A stretch of DNA of 64,000 nucleotides from the human T2T-CHM13v2.0 reference genome, Homo sapiens: the NCBI RefSeq assembly GCF_009914755.1, contig NC_060927.1. One strand, written 5' to 3'. A program made the position numbers and the translations under genes. The stretch's first letter is position 1. Every line of letters starts with the position of its first letter. Below the pieces are notes generated by a model, which saw only the letters and a program-made list of their open reading frames with translations, was not told the origin of the DNA and searched no databases. Below, in pieces: positions 31,087 through 43,562 of this stretch.

Positions 31087-32476
31087 CATGGTACTAGTAT
31101 AAAAAGCACATAGACCAATGGAACAGAATAGAGAACTCAGAAATAAGCCCAAATACTTACAGCCAACTGATCTTCGACAAAGCAAACAAAAACATAAACT
31201 GGGGAGAGGACACCCTTTTCAACAAATGGTGCTGGGATAATTGGCTAGCCACATGTAGGAGAATGAAACTGGATCCTCATCTCTCACCTCATACAAAAAT
31301 CAACTCAATGGATTAAGGACTTAAATATAAGACCTAAAACTATAAAAATTCTAGAAGATAACATTGGAAAAACCCTTCCAGACATTGGCTTAGCAAGGAT
31401 TTCATGACCAAGAACCCAAAAGCAAATGTAATAAAAACAAAGATACATAGTTGGGACTTAATTAAACTAAATAGCTTTTGCACAGCAAAAGGAACACTCA
31501 ACAGAGTAAACAGACAACCCACAGAGTGGGAAAAAATCTTCACAATCTATACATCTGACAAAGGACTAATATCCAGAATCTACTAAGAACTCAAACAAAT
31601 CAGTAAGAAAAAGGAAAAATCCCATCAGAAAGTGGGCTAAGGACATGAATAGACAATTCTCAAAAGAAGATATACAAATGGCCAACAAACATATGAAAAA
31701 ATGCTCAACATCACTAATGAGCGGGGAAATGCAAGTCAAAACCACAATGTGATTTCACCCCACTCCTGCAAGAATGGCCATAATCAAAAAATTTAAAAAA
31801 ACAGTAGATGTTGGCATGGGTGTGGTGATCAGGGAACACTTCTACACTGATGGTGGGAATGTAAACTAGTACAGCCAATATGGAAAGCAATGTAGAGATT
31901 CCTTAAAGAACTAAAAGTAGAACTACCATTTGACCCAGCAGTCCCACTACTGGGTATCTACCCAGAGGAAAAGAAGTCATTATACAAAAAAGAGACTTGC
32001 ACACACATGTTTATAGCAGCACAATTCACAATTGCAAAATCATGGAAACAACCCAATGCCCATCAATCAACGAGTGGATAAAGAAACTGTGGCATATATA
32101 TATACGATGGAATACTACTCAGGCATAAAAAGGAATGAATAAACAGCATTTGCAGTGACCTGGATGAGACTGGACACTATTATTCTAAGTGAAATAACTC
32201 AGGAATGGAAAACCAAACATCATATGTTCTTATTGATATGTGGGAGCTAAGCTATGAGGATGCAAAGGCATAAGAATGATATGGACTTTGGGGACTTAGG
32301 GGGAAGAGTGTGGGGGGGTGAAGGATAAAAGACTACAAATAGGGTGCAGTGTATATTGCTCGAGTGATGGGTGCACCAAAATCTCACAAATAACCACTAA
32401 ATAACTTGTTTATGTAACCTAATACCACCTGTACCCCAATAACTTATGAAATAATATTTTTTTTAAAAAAAGGAAA
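31087..32476 (+). mobile_element. 5'-truncated L1PB1-like LINE
   Basis: ORF2 C-terminal text; 3'UTR gggagctaagctatgaggatgcaaaggcataagaatgat; 18-bp TSD aaaagtatatgtgttgag (31069-31086 / 32477-32494). Confidence 0.94.
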
Positions 32477-34850
32477 AAAAGTATATGTGTTGAGTATTGC
32501 CAACACTGACTCTCCTCTGGAAATACCTTGTCCATCAGGAATTTAAAAGTGATGGTTTTACCATTATGACTTCAAGCTGAGGCCTTAGTAGTTAGTAATG
32601 CCTAAATGTGATCTAATTTTCTGATAATGAGGAAAGTGACAATTTACAGAGCCCAAGACAATAATGGCAGCTGGCATTTTTTAAGTTGCTTACTACATGC
32701 CAGCATTTTTCAAATCACTCTGCCTCTCAGCTCATTTAACTACTGTTATCATCCCATTCTTATAGGTGGCACAGCTGAGGCATGAGGAGGCACTGTAACT
32801 TGCCCAAGGTCACAGAGGTGATGGCAGAGCATGTATTTGAATCCAGGCCTCTGGCCCCAGTCTGTAGCCTTAACTAGTTGACTGCCCTACCTCCTGGAAT
32901 TGGGATAAAGCAAAGCAGAGATATAGTTAAAGCTGATGTGTTTTTCCCTTACAAGTTTGCCTTGAGAACATTTAGTTCTTTCTTTTGTCCCAAATTCTTC
33001 ATTTGTAAATTCCAACAGTCTATTTACCAGAATGTTGTGGCAGCTCATTATTTAAATGTGTTCATAGTTCCTTGCAAGAAAGGCTACATAAATATTACAG
33101 AACTGTTTTAAAAATATATGAAATGTGTTCGCCTGAATATATGACGGTTGTATTTCTCACTATAAATAAATAAATGAGTGCTGATTTTCTAAGTCCTAAG
33201 GACGTGGTTGCACCAGGTCCCTCTTCATGAGCTCACAGTCCAGGCTGCTGAGGCTATGGGGCTGAAGGTCAGACTCTGTCCCAGGTGACTGTCCCCTGAG
33301 GCCTCAGGAAAGTGCCTCCCGGGCAGTGGCTAGGCCTCCTCATGCCTTTGCATTCAAACCTTATACAATGCTGAGTGCCATGGGAAAAATATGAAGAAGC
33401 AGCGAGAAAATGGATAAATTGTGGTTCACTCACACAGCGACATACTAACTCAGCAAGCAAGAAAGAATGAATTAAATAAATGTACAACATGGATGAATTT
33501 CACAAGCACTGATGTTGAAAGAAGCAGGCATAAAATAATACATATTATATAAATTTATTTATATAAAGTTTAAGAACAGGGAAAACCTGGAGTGGTAAGT
33601 GGAGCATGTACAGACTAAGAAGGATATCAGAGAAATTTGTGGAGTAGAGAAAATGTTTTGTGTATTGACCTGAGTGTGGTTACATACAGATTCATACATA
33701 TGTAAATATCAAAAGGTTGTACCCTGTTGATTAGCATACATTATGTATATTATGTATACATAACCTCAATAAAAAATAAAATGAAATAAAAATTACATAG
33801 AAGACTGTCAAGCTGAAATCACCTTCGGATTTGAGGCCAGCACTGAAGGCAAGGACCAGCTCACAATAGGCTTTGAATGCCAAGCTAAGCGGTTCGGACT
33901 TCATTTAGGAAGCCCAGGGGTCTAGTGAAGAAATGACAGGATTGATTTCTAGTGTTGAAAGCTCATTCAGCATCGTTCTGTATAGAGGGAGCCCTGCAGC
34001 TGGGGCAAGGCAGAAAGCAAGGAGACGAGATCACCCTAAAATTCCTCTTCTGGGAAAAACCTAATTATAATCCTATCAATTTGGTGAGTGCACACTTTCT
34101 TTAAATAGAAAATGTTCCCCCCATGAAGTCGGGGCAGGAGAAGGAGGTAGCTACATGTATTCACCTTGCTACACTTGGCACGCTGACAATTTAGAACTGT
34201 TTTTCACCACGCAGGCTCATAGACCCTTCATGCTCCCCAAGGCAGGCCTTTCTGGCTTCTTGCCTTTCTCAGCTTCTCACACTTCCCAACCCCCAACCCC
34301 TGTCATTGTCACAGTTTTCTTCCTTTCCTCACAACAATTGCATGGAGGAGGACAAGGTGGTTACTGCTGGCCACGCTGACCTAAATAAAATGCAGGGGTC
34401 ACAAGGTCATTTCCATGGGGATTGTGTACAATTTGCATACTCTCAGTCAGACATGCTGTCAAAATCCAAGCAATTTTCCATATTAAATATTGGTCACTTA
34501 AAAATTAACATTATGAAAAATGGAACTGGGCATAGATAATTTTTAATGTATCTATATCATAGCTGCAGGTCTTTTTACTTTTTTATATTTGTTTGGAGCT
34601 GTTTCCATTTATTTAATAAATATTTTTAATATAAAACTGCTTAAAGAATATTTATTTATGCATTTTAAAGACATACACATAGGAGAATGCTATATCAGTA
34701 ACCTGGGCTCTTTTCTGTAAGCTACTTCAGGTACACTCTCGTATTTTTCATCAACACTAAAGTATCCACTTACAAACCATTAAATGAAGTAGGATATTTA
34801 GACTTAAAATCAACACATTTCAGCATATGTAGGTCTCTAATTAAAAAAAT

Positions 34851-35151
34851 GGCCAGGTACAGTGGCTCATGCCTGTAATCCCAGTGCTTTGGGAGGCTGA
34901 GGTGAGAGGATTGCTTGAGCTCAGGAGTGTGAGACCAGTGTGGGCAACACAGCAAGACCTCATCTCTACTAAATATTAAAAAAAAAAAATCAAGCACGGT
35001 GGTGCTCACCTGTGGTTCCAGCTACTCAGGAGGCTGAGGTAGGAGGATCGCTTGAGCCTGGAAGATTGAGGCTGCAGTGAACTACAATTGAGCCACTGCA
35101 TTCCAGCTTGGGTGACAGAGTGAGACCCTGTTTCAAAAAAAAAAAAAAAAA
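34851..35151 (+). mobile_element. AluJ-like
   Basis: ggccaggtacagtggctc...gaggattgcttgagctcaggag; poly-A tail. Confidence 0.92.
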
Positions 35152-35187
35152 GTGTGTGTGTGTGTGTGCGCGCGCGCGCGCATGCAC
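35152..35187. repeat. (TG)n(CG)n alternating purine-pyrimidine tract
   Basis: gtgtgtgtgtgtgtgtgcgcgcgcgcgcgcatgcac. Confidence 0.9.
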
Positions 35188-35603
35188 TGGGAAAGACAGG
35201 ATAATGAGAGAACAATGTTGAACTTGATCACATCCCTAAGAAGGAAGAAGGAAAAAATTGATGGTAGGTGGTCAGCTTTGTGCACTAGCCACTAATTGAT
35301 ACTGTACTGTTAATCTAGGATGACTCGGTCACTGCCTAGATTGATGGAAATGGGAGGAAGGTTGAAAGGCAACTTAGATATATGAGATGGTTTTTTAAAA
35401 ATGAAATTAATGCAAAAATTCAATGATGAACAAACTATAAAAATTTAAATAACAGGATCTAACCCTGCATTTGCATGACCTTGTCTCATTTGCCTCACCC
35501 TAATCCTGGCCCTGGTTCCAACAAAACTTTATTTACAAAAATAGGCAAGTGACCTGTGAGCCATGGTTTGCCAATTTGGTTTTTTAAAGCATTGCATTAA
35601 AAT

Positions 35604-36660
35604 AAAGTCATGAATTGCTTAATGATCGGGATACATTCTGAGAAATTCATCACTAGGTGATTCTGTCATTGTGCAAACATCATAGAATGTAGTTACACAA
35701 GCCTAAATGGTATCGCCAACTACACACACAGGCTATATGGTATAACCTATTCCTCCTAGGCTACAAACCTATACATTACGTTACTGTACTGAGTACTATA
35801 GGCAGTTGTAGCACACATGTTGTTTATCTACACGTATCATTTAGGCTACACTAAGTTTATTATAAAAGTTTTCTCTCTTCAATAATACATTGACCTTGGC
35901 TAGCTGTAACTTTTCTACTTTATAAACTTTTAATTTTAAAAAACTTTCAGATGTATTTATAACAACACAGCTTAAAACACAACACATTGTACAGCTGTAC
36001 AAAAATATTTTCTTTATATCTTTATCTCACAAGCTTTTTTTTTCTATCTTTAAAAGCTTTAAAAAAAGTTTTTAAACATTTTTTTTTGTTGTTGTTAAAA
36101 ACTAAGACACAGATGTACTTAGACTTGGCCTACACAGAGTCAGGAACATCAATATCACTACCTTCCACCTCCACATCCTACCCCACTGGAAGGTTTTCAG
36201 GGGCGATAATACACATTGAGCTGTCGTCTCCTATGATAACAATGCCTCCTTCTGGAATACCTCCTGGAGGACCTGCCTGAGGCCATTTTACAGCTAACTG
36301 TTTTTTAATAAGTAGAAAGAGTACAAAGAGTACACTCTAAAATAAGGATAAAAAGTGTAGTGTAGTAAACCAGTAACATGGTCATTTATTATCATGATCA
36401 AGTATTATGTACTGAACATGATTTTGTTGCTATACTTTTATATGACTGGTAGTGCAGTGAGTTTGTTTACACTAGCATCACCACAAATACATGAGTAATT
36501 TGTTGCACTAGGACATTACGACAGCTACAATGTCCCTAGGTGATAAGAATTTTCAGCTCCACTATAATCTTATGGGGCCACCAACTGATAAAATATATTT
36601 AAGGTATCTTTATATTTTACATGTGGTTCATCATTGACCAGGATGTTGTTATGTGGACTT
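35604..36660. mobile_element. Tigger3/Golem (MER7)-type DNA transposon
   Basis: gggatacattctgagaaattcatcactaggtgatt, ctcctaggctacaaacct, ctaggtgataagaattttcagctccactataatcttatggg. Confidence 0.85.
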
Positions 36661-39163
36661 ATATTTTTTACCTTGATTACTGAGTATTTTTTGCATTACC
36701 TTAAACTGTGTGTCTAAGGTGAGTACTTTATTCACCTCACCCTGATCCTGGCTTTGAGTGGAACTGGTAAATTGTGACTTCCTTTCAGGTTAAAAGACAA
36801 AGAAGTTTGAATGTAAAACAAAGTTATGCAAAATTTATCATGTAAAACAAAATGAAGTTACACGTGCATTATGTTTATGTAATTCCTCTTACATATAACT
36901 GCCTTAGACTCCAGATAGTACAATTTTTATGAGTGTGAGAGAAGACGGACCCCATGGTACCTTCTAGTCCCAGGTGGAGTAGACCTAGGCACAAGAATCC
37001 ACCAGATCAAAAGCTCTTTCAGCCAATCAGGAGCAAAGGAGCAGTGCCAATAGATCCAGAGCTGACACTAGGGTTTCAACAATTCCCACAGTACTTTATT
37101 GTGTAGTATCCTCTAAGCTCATATTTTTGTGGTATGTCTAAGGTTTGTGTCTCCTGAAGCTTCATGTCAGAGCTACTTGATAGTCGTAAGCACACATTAT
37201 GGTTCAAAAGCAACTCAGGGTTTCAAAGAAAACCACAGTCTACAGATGAGGTCAGAATTTCTTCAGGGTGTAAGTGGTGATTTGTCTCAGTCTCATGATT
37301 TTCATGTACTCATTTCCCAAATAACTCCAGTCTCAAAGAGCGCATCTGAAATGTTACACCTCTTGCAAGAAAGTACAGTACAGTGATTCCCTGTTCCAGG
37401 ACATTATATGCTTTAGTGAGTCATTAACAGAATATTTCATTTTCCTACTAAGGTGTCAACTAAACTCATAATCCCTTCTAGGGTCAGCATGATTTCCTTC
37501 TAATTGATTTAGTACATACTTAAAGATTTCCTGATGTCCAGTTCTGGGAACATCACCATCCATGGGGTCATCATGAAAGTGGTCACAGTTGTCTTTAAAA
37601 TCTGCAAACAGTTCTCAGAACAGTTAATGTGATGTTTATGCACATCTACCCCTAGAAAACCAAACTATTAATTTGCTTGTGCGGGAACACTTTGGGCTCA
37701 TCTGTACAGTCATTTATTTTGGGGCAAGTTCATTCCTTGCCATGAGAATTTTAACTATTTATGTTATAGCTTTTGGACTTAGTTGTTGTCAGTTGGGATA
37801 ATTGTATCCAGTAAACCTTTTTTTCTTCTCCCCATTTTTTTTTTAAAGTTTTCTTTTGTTATTATTGTTGTTGACTTTGAACATATGGTGAGGTTTTTTT
37901 TCTCTTTATATTTTACCAGCTAACTTATTTGATATATTACAAATAAGTAACACAAAGTACATAGTAATTTACTAAAGAAGAAAAAGTTAAGTCACATTGA
38001 GTTTCCTGGAGACAAAGAACACCCCTTTCTTTTCTCTCAGGCCATTTGGGATATAAAATTAGAACAAACCTAAGAACATGTTGGTATGTATCTTTGTGCT
38101 TTGGTTGCCAAGTACAAGAGGTGAAACATGTCTCCAATAAATAACTTTGGGGGTACACACTCGTGCTGGACAACCCGAAAATAAGCACCCTGTGCTGGAA
38201 AGAACAGAGTGCTCCCTTCAGTAATTTAAAAGCATCTTTTCCTGATTGTGGCTGCCCATACATGCTGGTAGTTCAGTTGGCAGGATCATTAAGTACTAAA
38301 TGCTCCACAGGAGAGAACAAGCCCAAAGTGCTCCAGGAGTGCAAAAATGGGAATGCTCAGTGCAGACCTGAGAAGAGAGAGTCCAGAGGTGAGCCCAGAA
38401 GAGCCAACCACATTCTGGCAGGATGGGGAGCAGTCTGGCTAGCAGGGCCTCCCAGAAGTTAAGGGACACCAGGGCCACTTCCTTTTTTTTTAAGGGTCCT
38501 AGTATATTAAAAAATAAAAGCTGAAGAGGGTGTTAAGATTGTGGTATATTTTGGGTGTTTACAACAATTACAATTACAAATTGAATATATTTATATCCCA
38601 CTGATATCTTTCCAGGGTTGTTCCACCTCATTGGAGATTACAACCAAAGTCCACATTTGAGGCTACCAGTGAATGGTAGGCCCCAGCTAAACACCTTCCT
38701 GGCCGCCACTGCCACACAGTTCACCACCAGTTTGGACCAAACAGTCCAACTGGCAAGGTACATGCTGTCCTTAGAGTTTCTTTCTTACCCTGTAACCTGG
38801 AAGGCCCATGTGCCAAGCAGGCCCTTAATAAGTACATGTTGAATAAATGAATAGACCAGTCTTGAAACATCAGCAAGACCATTCTCATCTTGTTCCGTTC
38901 CTAAAATGCTTCCCCTTCCCAGGTTGACTCCCCTCAACCACGTATCCTACTCACCCTTGAAGTTCTAGCCAAGCACCATGTTTTCTGTGAAGTCTGTCTG
39001 CTGCTGTTATTATACCTACTTTACTCTATATGCTCAAAAGTCCTCCTGTATTTACAGTTAGAACCATGTATAATAGTTTGGCACCCCCACTCCCACCCCA
39101 GCCTAGAAAACTCAAGTTCTTTACAGCCAAGGACTATGTCTTACTCTTCTTTTGGATCTATAG

Positions 39164-39661
39164 TGTAAGGCCTAAAGTTTTTTGTGCTGCCTTGACATCT
39201 TTGAGCTTCCTGGAGCCCCCAAAGACTAACTGTGAGTTCTGCTTTTGCCAGATAGGCCCTCCCCAGTGGAAAAGGCTCCTCATCTGGCTAGTTTCCCTAT
39301 TAGCTAAATGAGCTGCACGCTACCTGGTCTTCAACCTAAGGGGTTCTACTTCCCTGCCAGCCTGTGAAATTATTCAAATAAGCCACTCATCCTCCAGTGG
39401 GAACCAGGGGTCACCCCAGCCTGTGTTGCTACAGAACTTGCCTCCCATAGGCCATGCTTGTCCACTCTACTCCTGAGTGCAACCCCAAGTGACGCTGCAT
39501 GGTGTCCTGTGTCCTCCCCTAGGCTGTGAGCTTATGTGAGTCATAAACTGCCATCAATCTCATCTGTCCAGTGTTGGGTGCTGGATGTTCCACTATCTCA
39601 TACTATTTAGGGTGGGGAATTCCTCTTTCAATAATGGAGTGAATAGAAGGTGATCAGAACA
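39164..39661 (+). mobile_element. ERVL-class solo LTR (MER54/MER74/MER88/LTR53 group) inserted in an L2 3' end
   Basis: tgtaagg...tgctgccttgacatc...ttccctgccagcctgtgaaattattcaaataagcc...ataaactgc...ggtgatcagaaca; no clear TSD. Confidence 0.6.
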
Positions 39662-40669
39662 GTATCCCACACAGAGGTGTCACTCAATAAATTTGTGCTG
39701 ATTGCATCATCTTCATTTGATGAAGTTCCTAGCCAAGTAGAAGACTGGAAATTAATTAAATATTTGCTGTAGATGACTATAGATTTTTCTACAAATAATC
39801 CATTTGAAACATATAGCAACAGCTTCTATTTGCATAATTATGCTTCAAGCAATCTTTTTCTTTACTGTTCACCATACTGTTAACCAATAAAAGCAAAACT
39901 GCCTAAGAGCAAATCTGTACTTAATTTCTGTACTACCGATCTGACATTTACATTGCAATTCTTAATAACTAATCGAGGTAAATTGTAACTGTGTCCAATC
40001 ATGGAAATAAGATTCCAGTATCAGTCAACATTGGGTATAATCAAGAGACTAAAAACAACTGAAAGTGCATTAGAACTCAGACTTTCCCCCCACAATGACC
40101 TACTTAATGTATTTCATTGTCTCCCTTTATCTCACTTCTTTGTAAGCAAAATGGCAACACTTGGAGGCACTGAGAGACTTGTCCTAGAATCTGCAATTAG
40201 TTTTCTTATTAGTGTTTCAGGGAGAGTTTCATTCGCATTACTGTTATTTTATCACTTGGTTTCCAAGGTCCAAAAGGAAAAAAAAAAAAAAAAGGCCACG
40301 TATTTTCCCTTCTGGGGGCTCCTGCTTTTTATCTTAAAGCAGTGGGGGTGGGGGAACATGTACACCAGCAAGCAGTTCTCCTGTCCAGCTTCCAAGTCAC
40401 ACTCATTAGTAACGGGCCTCAGCCCCTCCCAGCACCCGGCCACTTCTCTCCTCTGCTGAGGGCTGGAGAGGGTGGGGACTGGGGCTCTGAGAGGGACCAG
40501 GGGATCAGGAAAGCTCAGATCCACGCCTTACCGCTCCTTGACCACACTGGAATGTGATGACTAGCTTTTTTCAGCCTGGGCTCTGCATGACAAAAGTTAG
40601 TGGAAAACGGTCATCAAACATTTCCAGCAAGCTTCAGACTTCTCCAAAGGACAGGGCCCTTCTCCAAAG

Positions 40670-41110
40670 ACCGCCTGGCGCCTGGATTAGGCCGCTCCTA
40701 GCCTAGCCTCCCTGCTGCTCCTTTTCCCAGAGTGGTCGGTACACAGGACGTGCCGAACGTGCGATTATTAGAAGGCTATTACCAGAAGCAAGGGGATGTG
40801 CTCAGGGTGAGGCGCAGGCAAGGAAAAGACATTTCCAAACAACCCAAACAGCTTGCGACTGGGGACAAACCATTTCACCAGGGCGGTGGGGAGCCAGCCG
40901 GCCGGCCGGCCGGCCGACCCGGGGTGCGTGTGCCCAGAAGCTGTGCGGGCTCAGTGTGTAGACGCTCTGGCTGCGCAGCGCGCGTGCTCAAGTTCCAAAG
41001 CGCTGCACTCCACGGCGGCTGGAAAAGGTGGAAGAAGGACAAAATAAAACGAAATTTCCCCACACATCGCTAAAGGGAGGGGGCAGGCAGGGGGCCAAGC
41101 TCTGAAGAAA
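40670..41110. promoter_or_regulatory. Small CpG-rich, non-repeat promoter/enhancer-like region
   Basis: Dense CpGs (cgcctggcg, gccggccggccgg, gcgcagcgcgcg, cacggcgg) and a GC-box-like gggcggtggg in an otherwise CpG-depleted window. Confidence 0.7.
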
Positions 41111-41451
41111 AGCTCTAAGAGATCTGTGGTGAACGGAGGAGAGACCCAGGGCAGAGGCTGGTGCTGTATTTGTGTCCAAAATTTGCCCGCTTTCCTGCTG
41201 TTTGCTGCTGGCTTGGTTGGCCAGAAAAAGTCCCCACAGTTTACCCCTAGATACGGAGGCCTTTCTCAGTACTCCACACACACACATTATCCGGATTTAT
41301 TTAAATAAGAAAAAAAGTAGAGGGAAAAATATTTTTCATAAATATCTAGTACTAATAGTTTCATGTATAAACTGCCAGTAACTGCATATATACATACATG
41401 TATATGTTTTTAAACCAGAACATACCAGAGTTGTGTAATCTATTTTAAAAA

Positions 41452-42725
41452 TAATTTTATTGTGGTAGAAAACTCAGAACTTAAAATTTACCATCTTAAC
41501 CATTTTTCAGTGTATAGTTCAGGAGTGCTAAGCATATTTACATTGTTGTGCAACAGATCTCTAGGACTTCTCCATCTTGTAAAAGTGAAACCCCGTTCAA
41601 CGCTAATTCGCTCTCCCCTCTGCCTTAGTAACTGCCTTTCAACTTTCTGTTTAATTTTGACTATTTTAGACTCTATATCTGAGTGGAATCATGCAGTATT
41701 TGTACTTTTGTGAATGTTTAGCATAATGTCCTCAAGTTTCATCCGTGTTGTAGCATGTGACAGAATTTCCTTCTCTCTTAAGGCAGCGTAATATTCCATT
41801 AGATGTATATACTTTTATACATTTTCTTCATCCATTCATCTGTTGGTAGACATTTGGGTTGCTTTCACCACTTGGCTATTTTGAATAATGCTGTGATAAA
41901 CCTAGGTGTGCAAATATCTCCTCAAAATCCTGCTTTGAATTCTTTTGGATATATACCCAGAAGTGAGTATATATGCTGGATCATATGGCAATTCTATTTT
42001 TAATTTTTTGAGGAACTTCCATACCGTTTTTATAGTGGTTGAACCATTTTACATTCCCACCAACAGTGTGCAAGGATTCCAATTTCTCTGTATTCTTGCC
42101 AACATTTGTTATTTTCTGTTTTTCGGATATTGGCCATCCAAATAGGTATGAGGTGGTATGTAATTATGGTTTTGATTTATCTTTCTCTTATGATTAGTGA
42201 TGTTGTGCATTCTCTTCATATGTTTGTTAGCCACTCGTACATCGTCTTTGGAGAATTATCTATTCAAGTCTTTTGCTTATTTTAAAAATCAGTTTATTTG
42301 TGGTTTTGTTATTGAGTTATAGTAGTTCCTTATATATTCTGGATATTAACTTCTTATTAGGTATATAATTTGCAAATATCTTCTCCCATTCCACAGGTTG
42401 CCTTTTCACTCTGTTGATTGTTTCCTTTGATGTGCAGAAGTTTTCAGGTTTGATATAGTCCCACTTGTCTACTTTTGCTTTTGTTGCCTGTGCTTGAGGT
42501 GTCATAGCCATGAAATCATTGCCAAATTCAGTGTTCTGAAGCATTTCCCTTATGTTTTCTTCTAGGAGTTTCATAGTTATAGGTGTTAAATTTTGTTCTT
42601 TAATCTATTTTGAGTTAATTTTTGTATATGGTAGAACGTAAGAATCTAACTTTATTCCTTTGCATGTGGATATACAGTTTTCCCAGCACCACTTTTTGAA
42701 GAGACTGTCTTTCCCCAGTTGTATC
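41452..42725 (-). mobile_element. L1MA/MB-type 3' fragment
   Basis: aaatttaccatcttaaccatttt...ttgtgcaacagatctctag; track ORF 42317-42574 (KLLEENI...KVDKWDYIK) is L1 ORF2 C-terminus. Confidence 0.88.
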
Positions 42726-43156
42726 ACACTTATCTTTTCATGTTAAGAAATATATTCAACTTCATAATTTTTAAGGCTGCATAGTATTTCATACAAGCAG
42801 ATACATCATGATTTACCCAACCAGTCTTCTATTATTGAATAGCATAGATATGTTCAATTGTTTCTGGATCATAAAATAAAATTTCCTTCTCTATGTATTT
42901 GGCTTCTAGAGTTGTCACTTTAGCCAGGCTTTTTGAAGTTTCCATATTCTTTCCAGCACTGCTGCTCACGAACTGCCACCTCCACGCCCTTACAAATGCT
43001 ACTTTTTTACTGCTAAGAATTTTATCATACTCCATACAAACATTATGCAGAAATTCAGTATTCTTTTCATTGTGGTAAGAAAGTGCAGCTGGGAGTCAGG
43101 AAATGTGGGTCCTAAACTGAGCTCTAGCGTTGTGGTAAGAAAAGCACAGTGTAACA

Positions 43157-43562
43157 GGTATGGGCTGAATTGTGTCACAACAAAGTTCATAAATTGAATC
43201 CCTAACTCCCAGTGCCTCACAATGTGACAGTATTTGGAGATAAAGCCTTTAAAAAGTGATTGAGTTAAAATGAAGCCATTGGGGTGGGGCCAAATTCAAT
43301 CTTACTGGTGTCCTTATAAGAAGAGGAAATTTTGACACACAGAAAAAGTCCGGGGACTTGTGCACACAGAGGAGAGACCATGTGAAAACATAGCCAGAAG
43401 TTTGCTATCTGCAAGCTAAGGCAAGAGGACTCAAAAGAAACCAAACCTGCTGCACCTTGATCTTGGACTTCGAGTCTCCGGAACTGTCAGAAAATACAGT
43501 TTTGCTGTCTAAGCCACCCAGTTTGTGGTGCTTTGTAAAAGCAGCCCTGGCAAATGAATACA
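43157..43562 (+). mobile_element. MLT1B-like MaLR solo LTR
   Basis: tatgggctgaattgtgtc...gtatttggagataaagcc...ggtgtccttataagaagaggaaatt...caccttgatcttggactt...gcagccctggcaaatgaataca. Confidence 0.85.

Noticed and set aside
36930-37055. Mitochondrial 16S-like gagaagac motif and paired CCAAT boxes
   Set aside because: The match is too short for a NUMT, and there is no other promoter evidence around the CCAAT boxes.
40001-41073. 152-aa and 113-aa ORFs near the CpG region
   Set aside because: No recognisable domain; the poly-Lys run comes from a poly-A tract and GC-rich DNA has few stops by chance.
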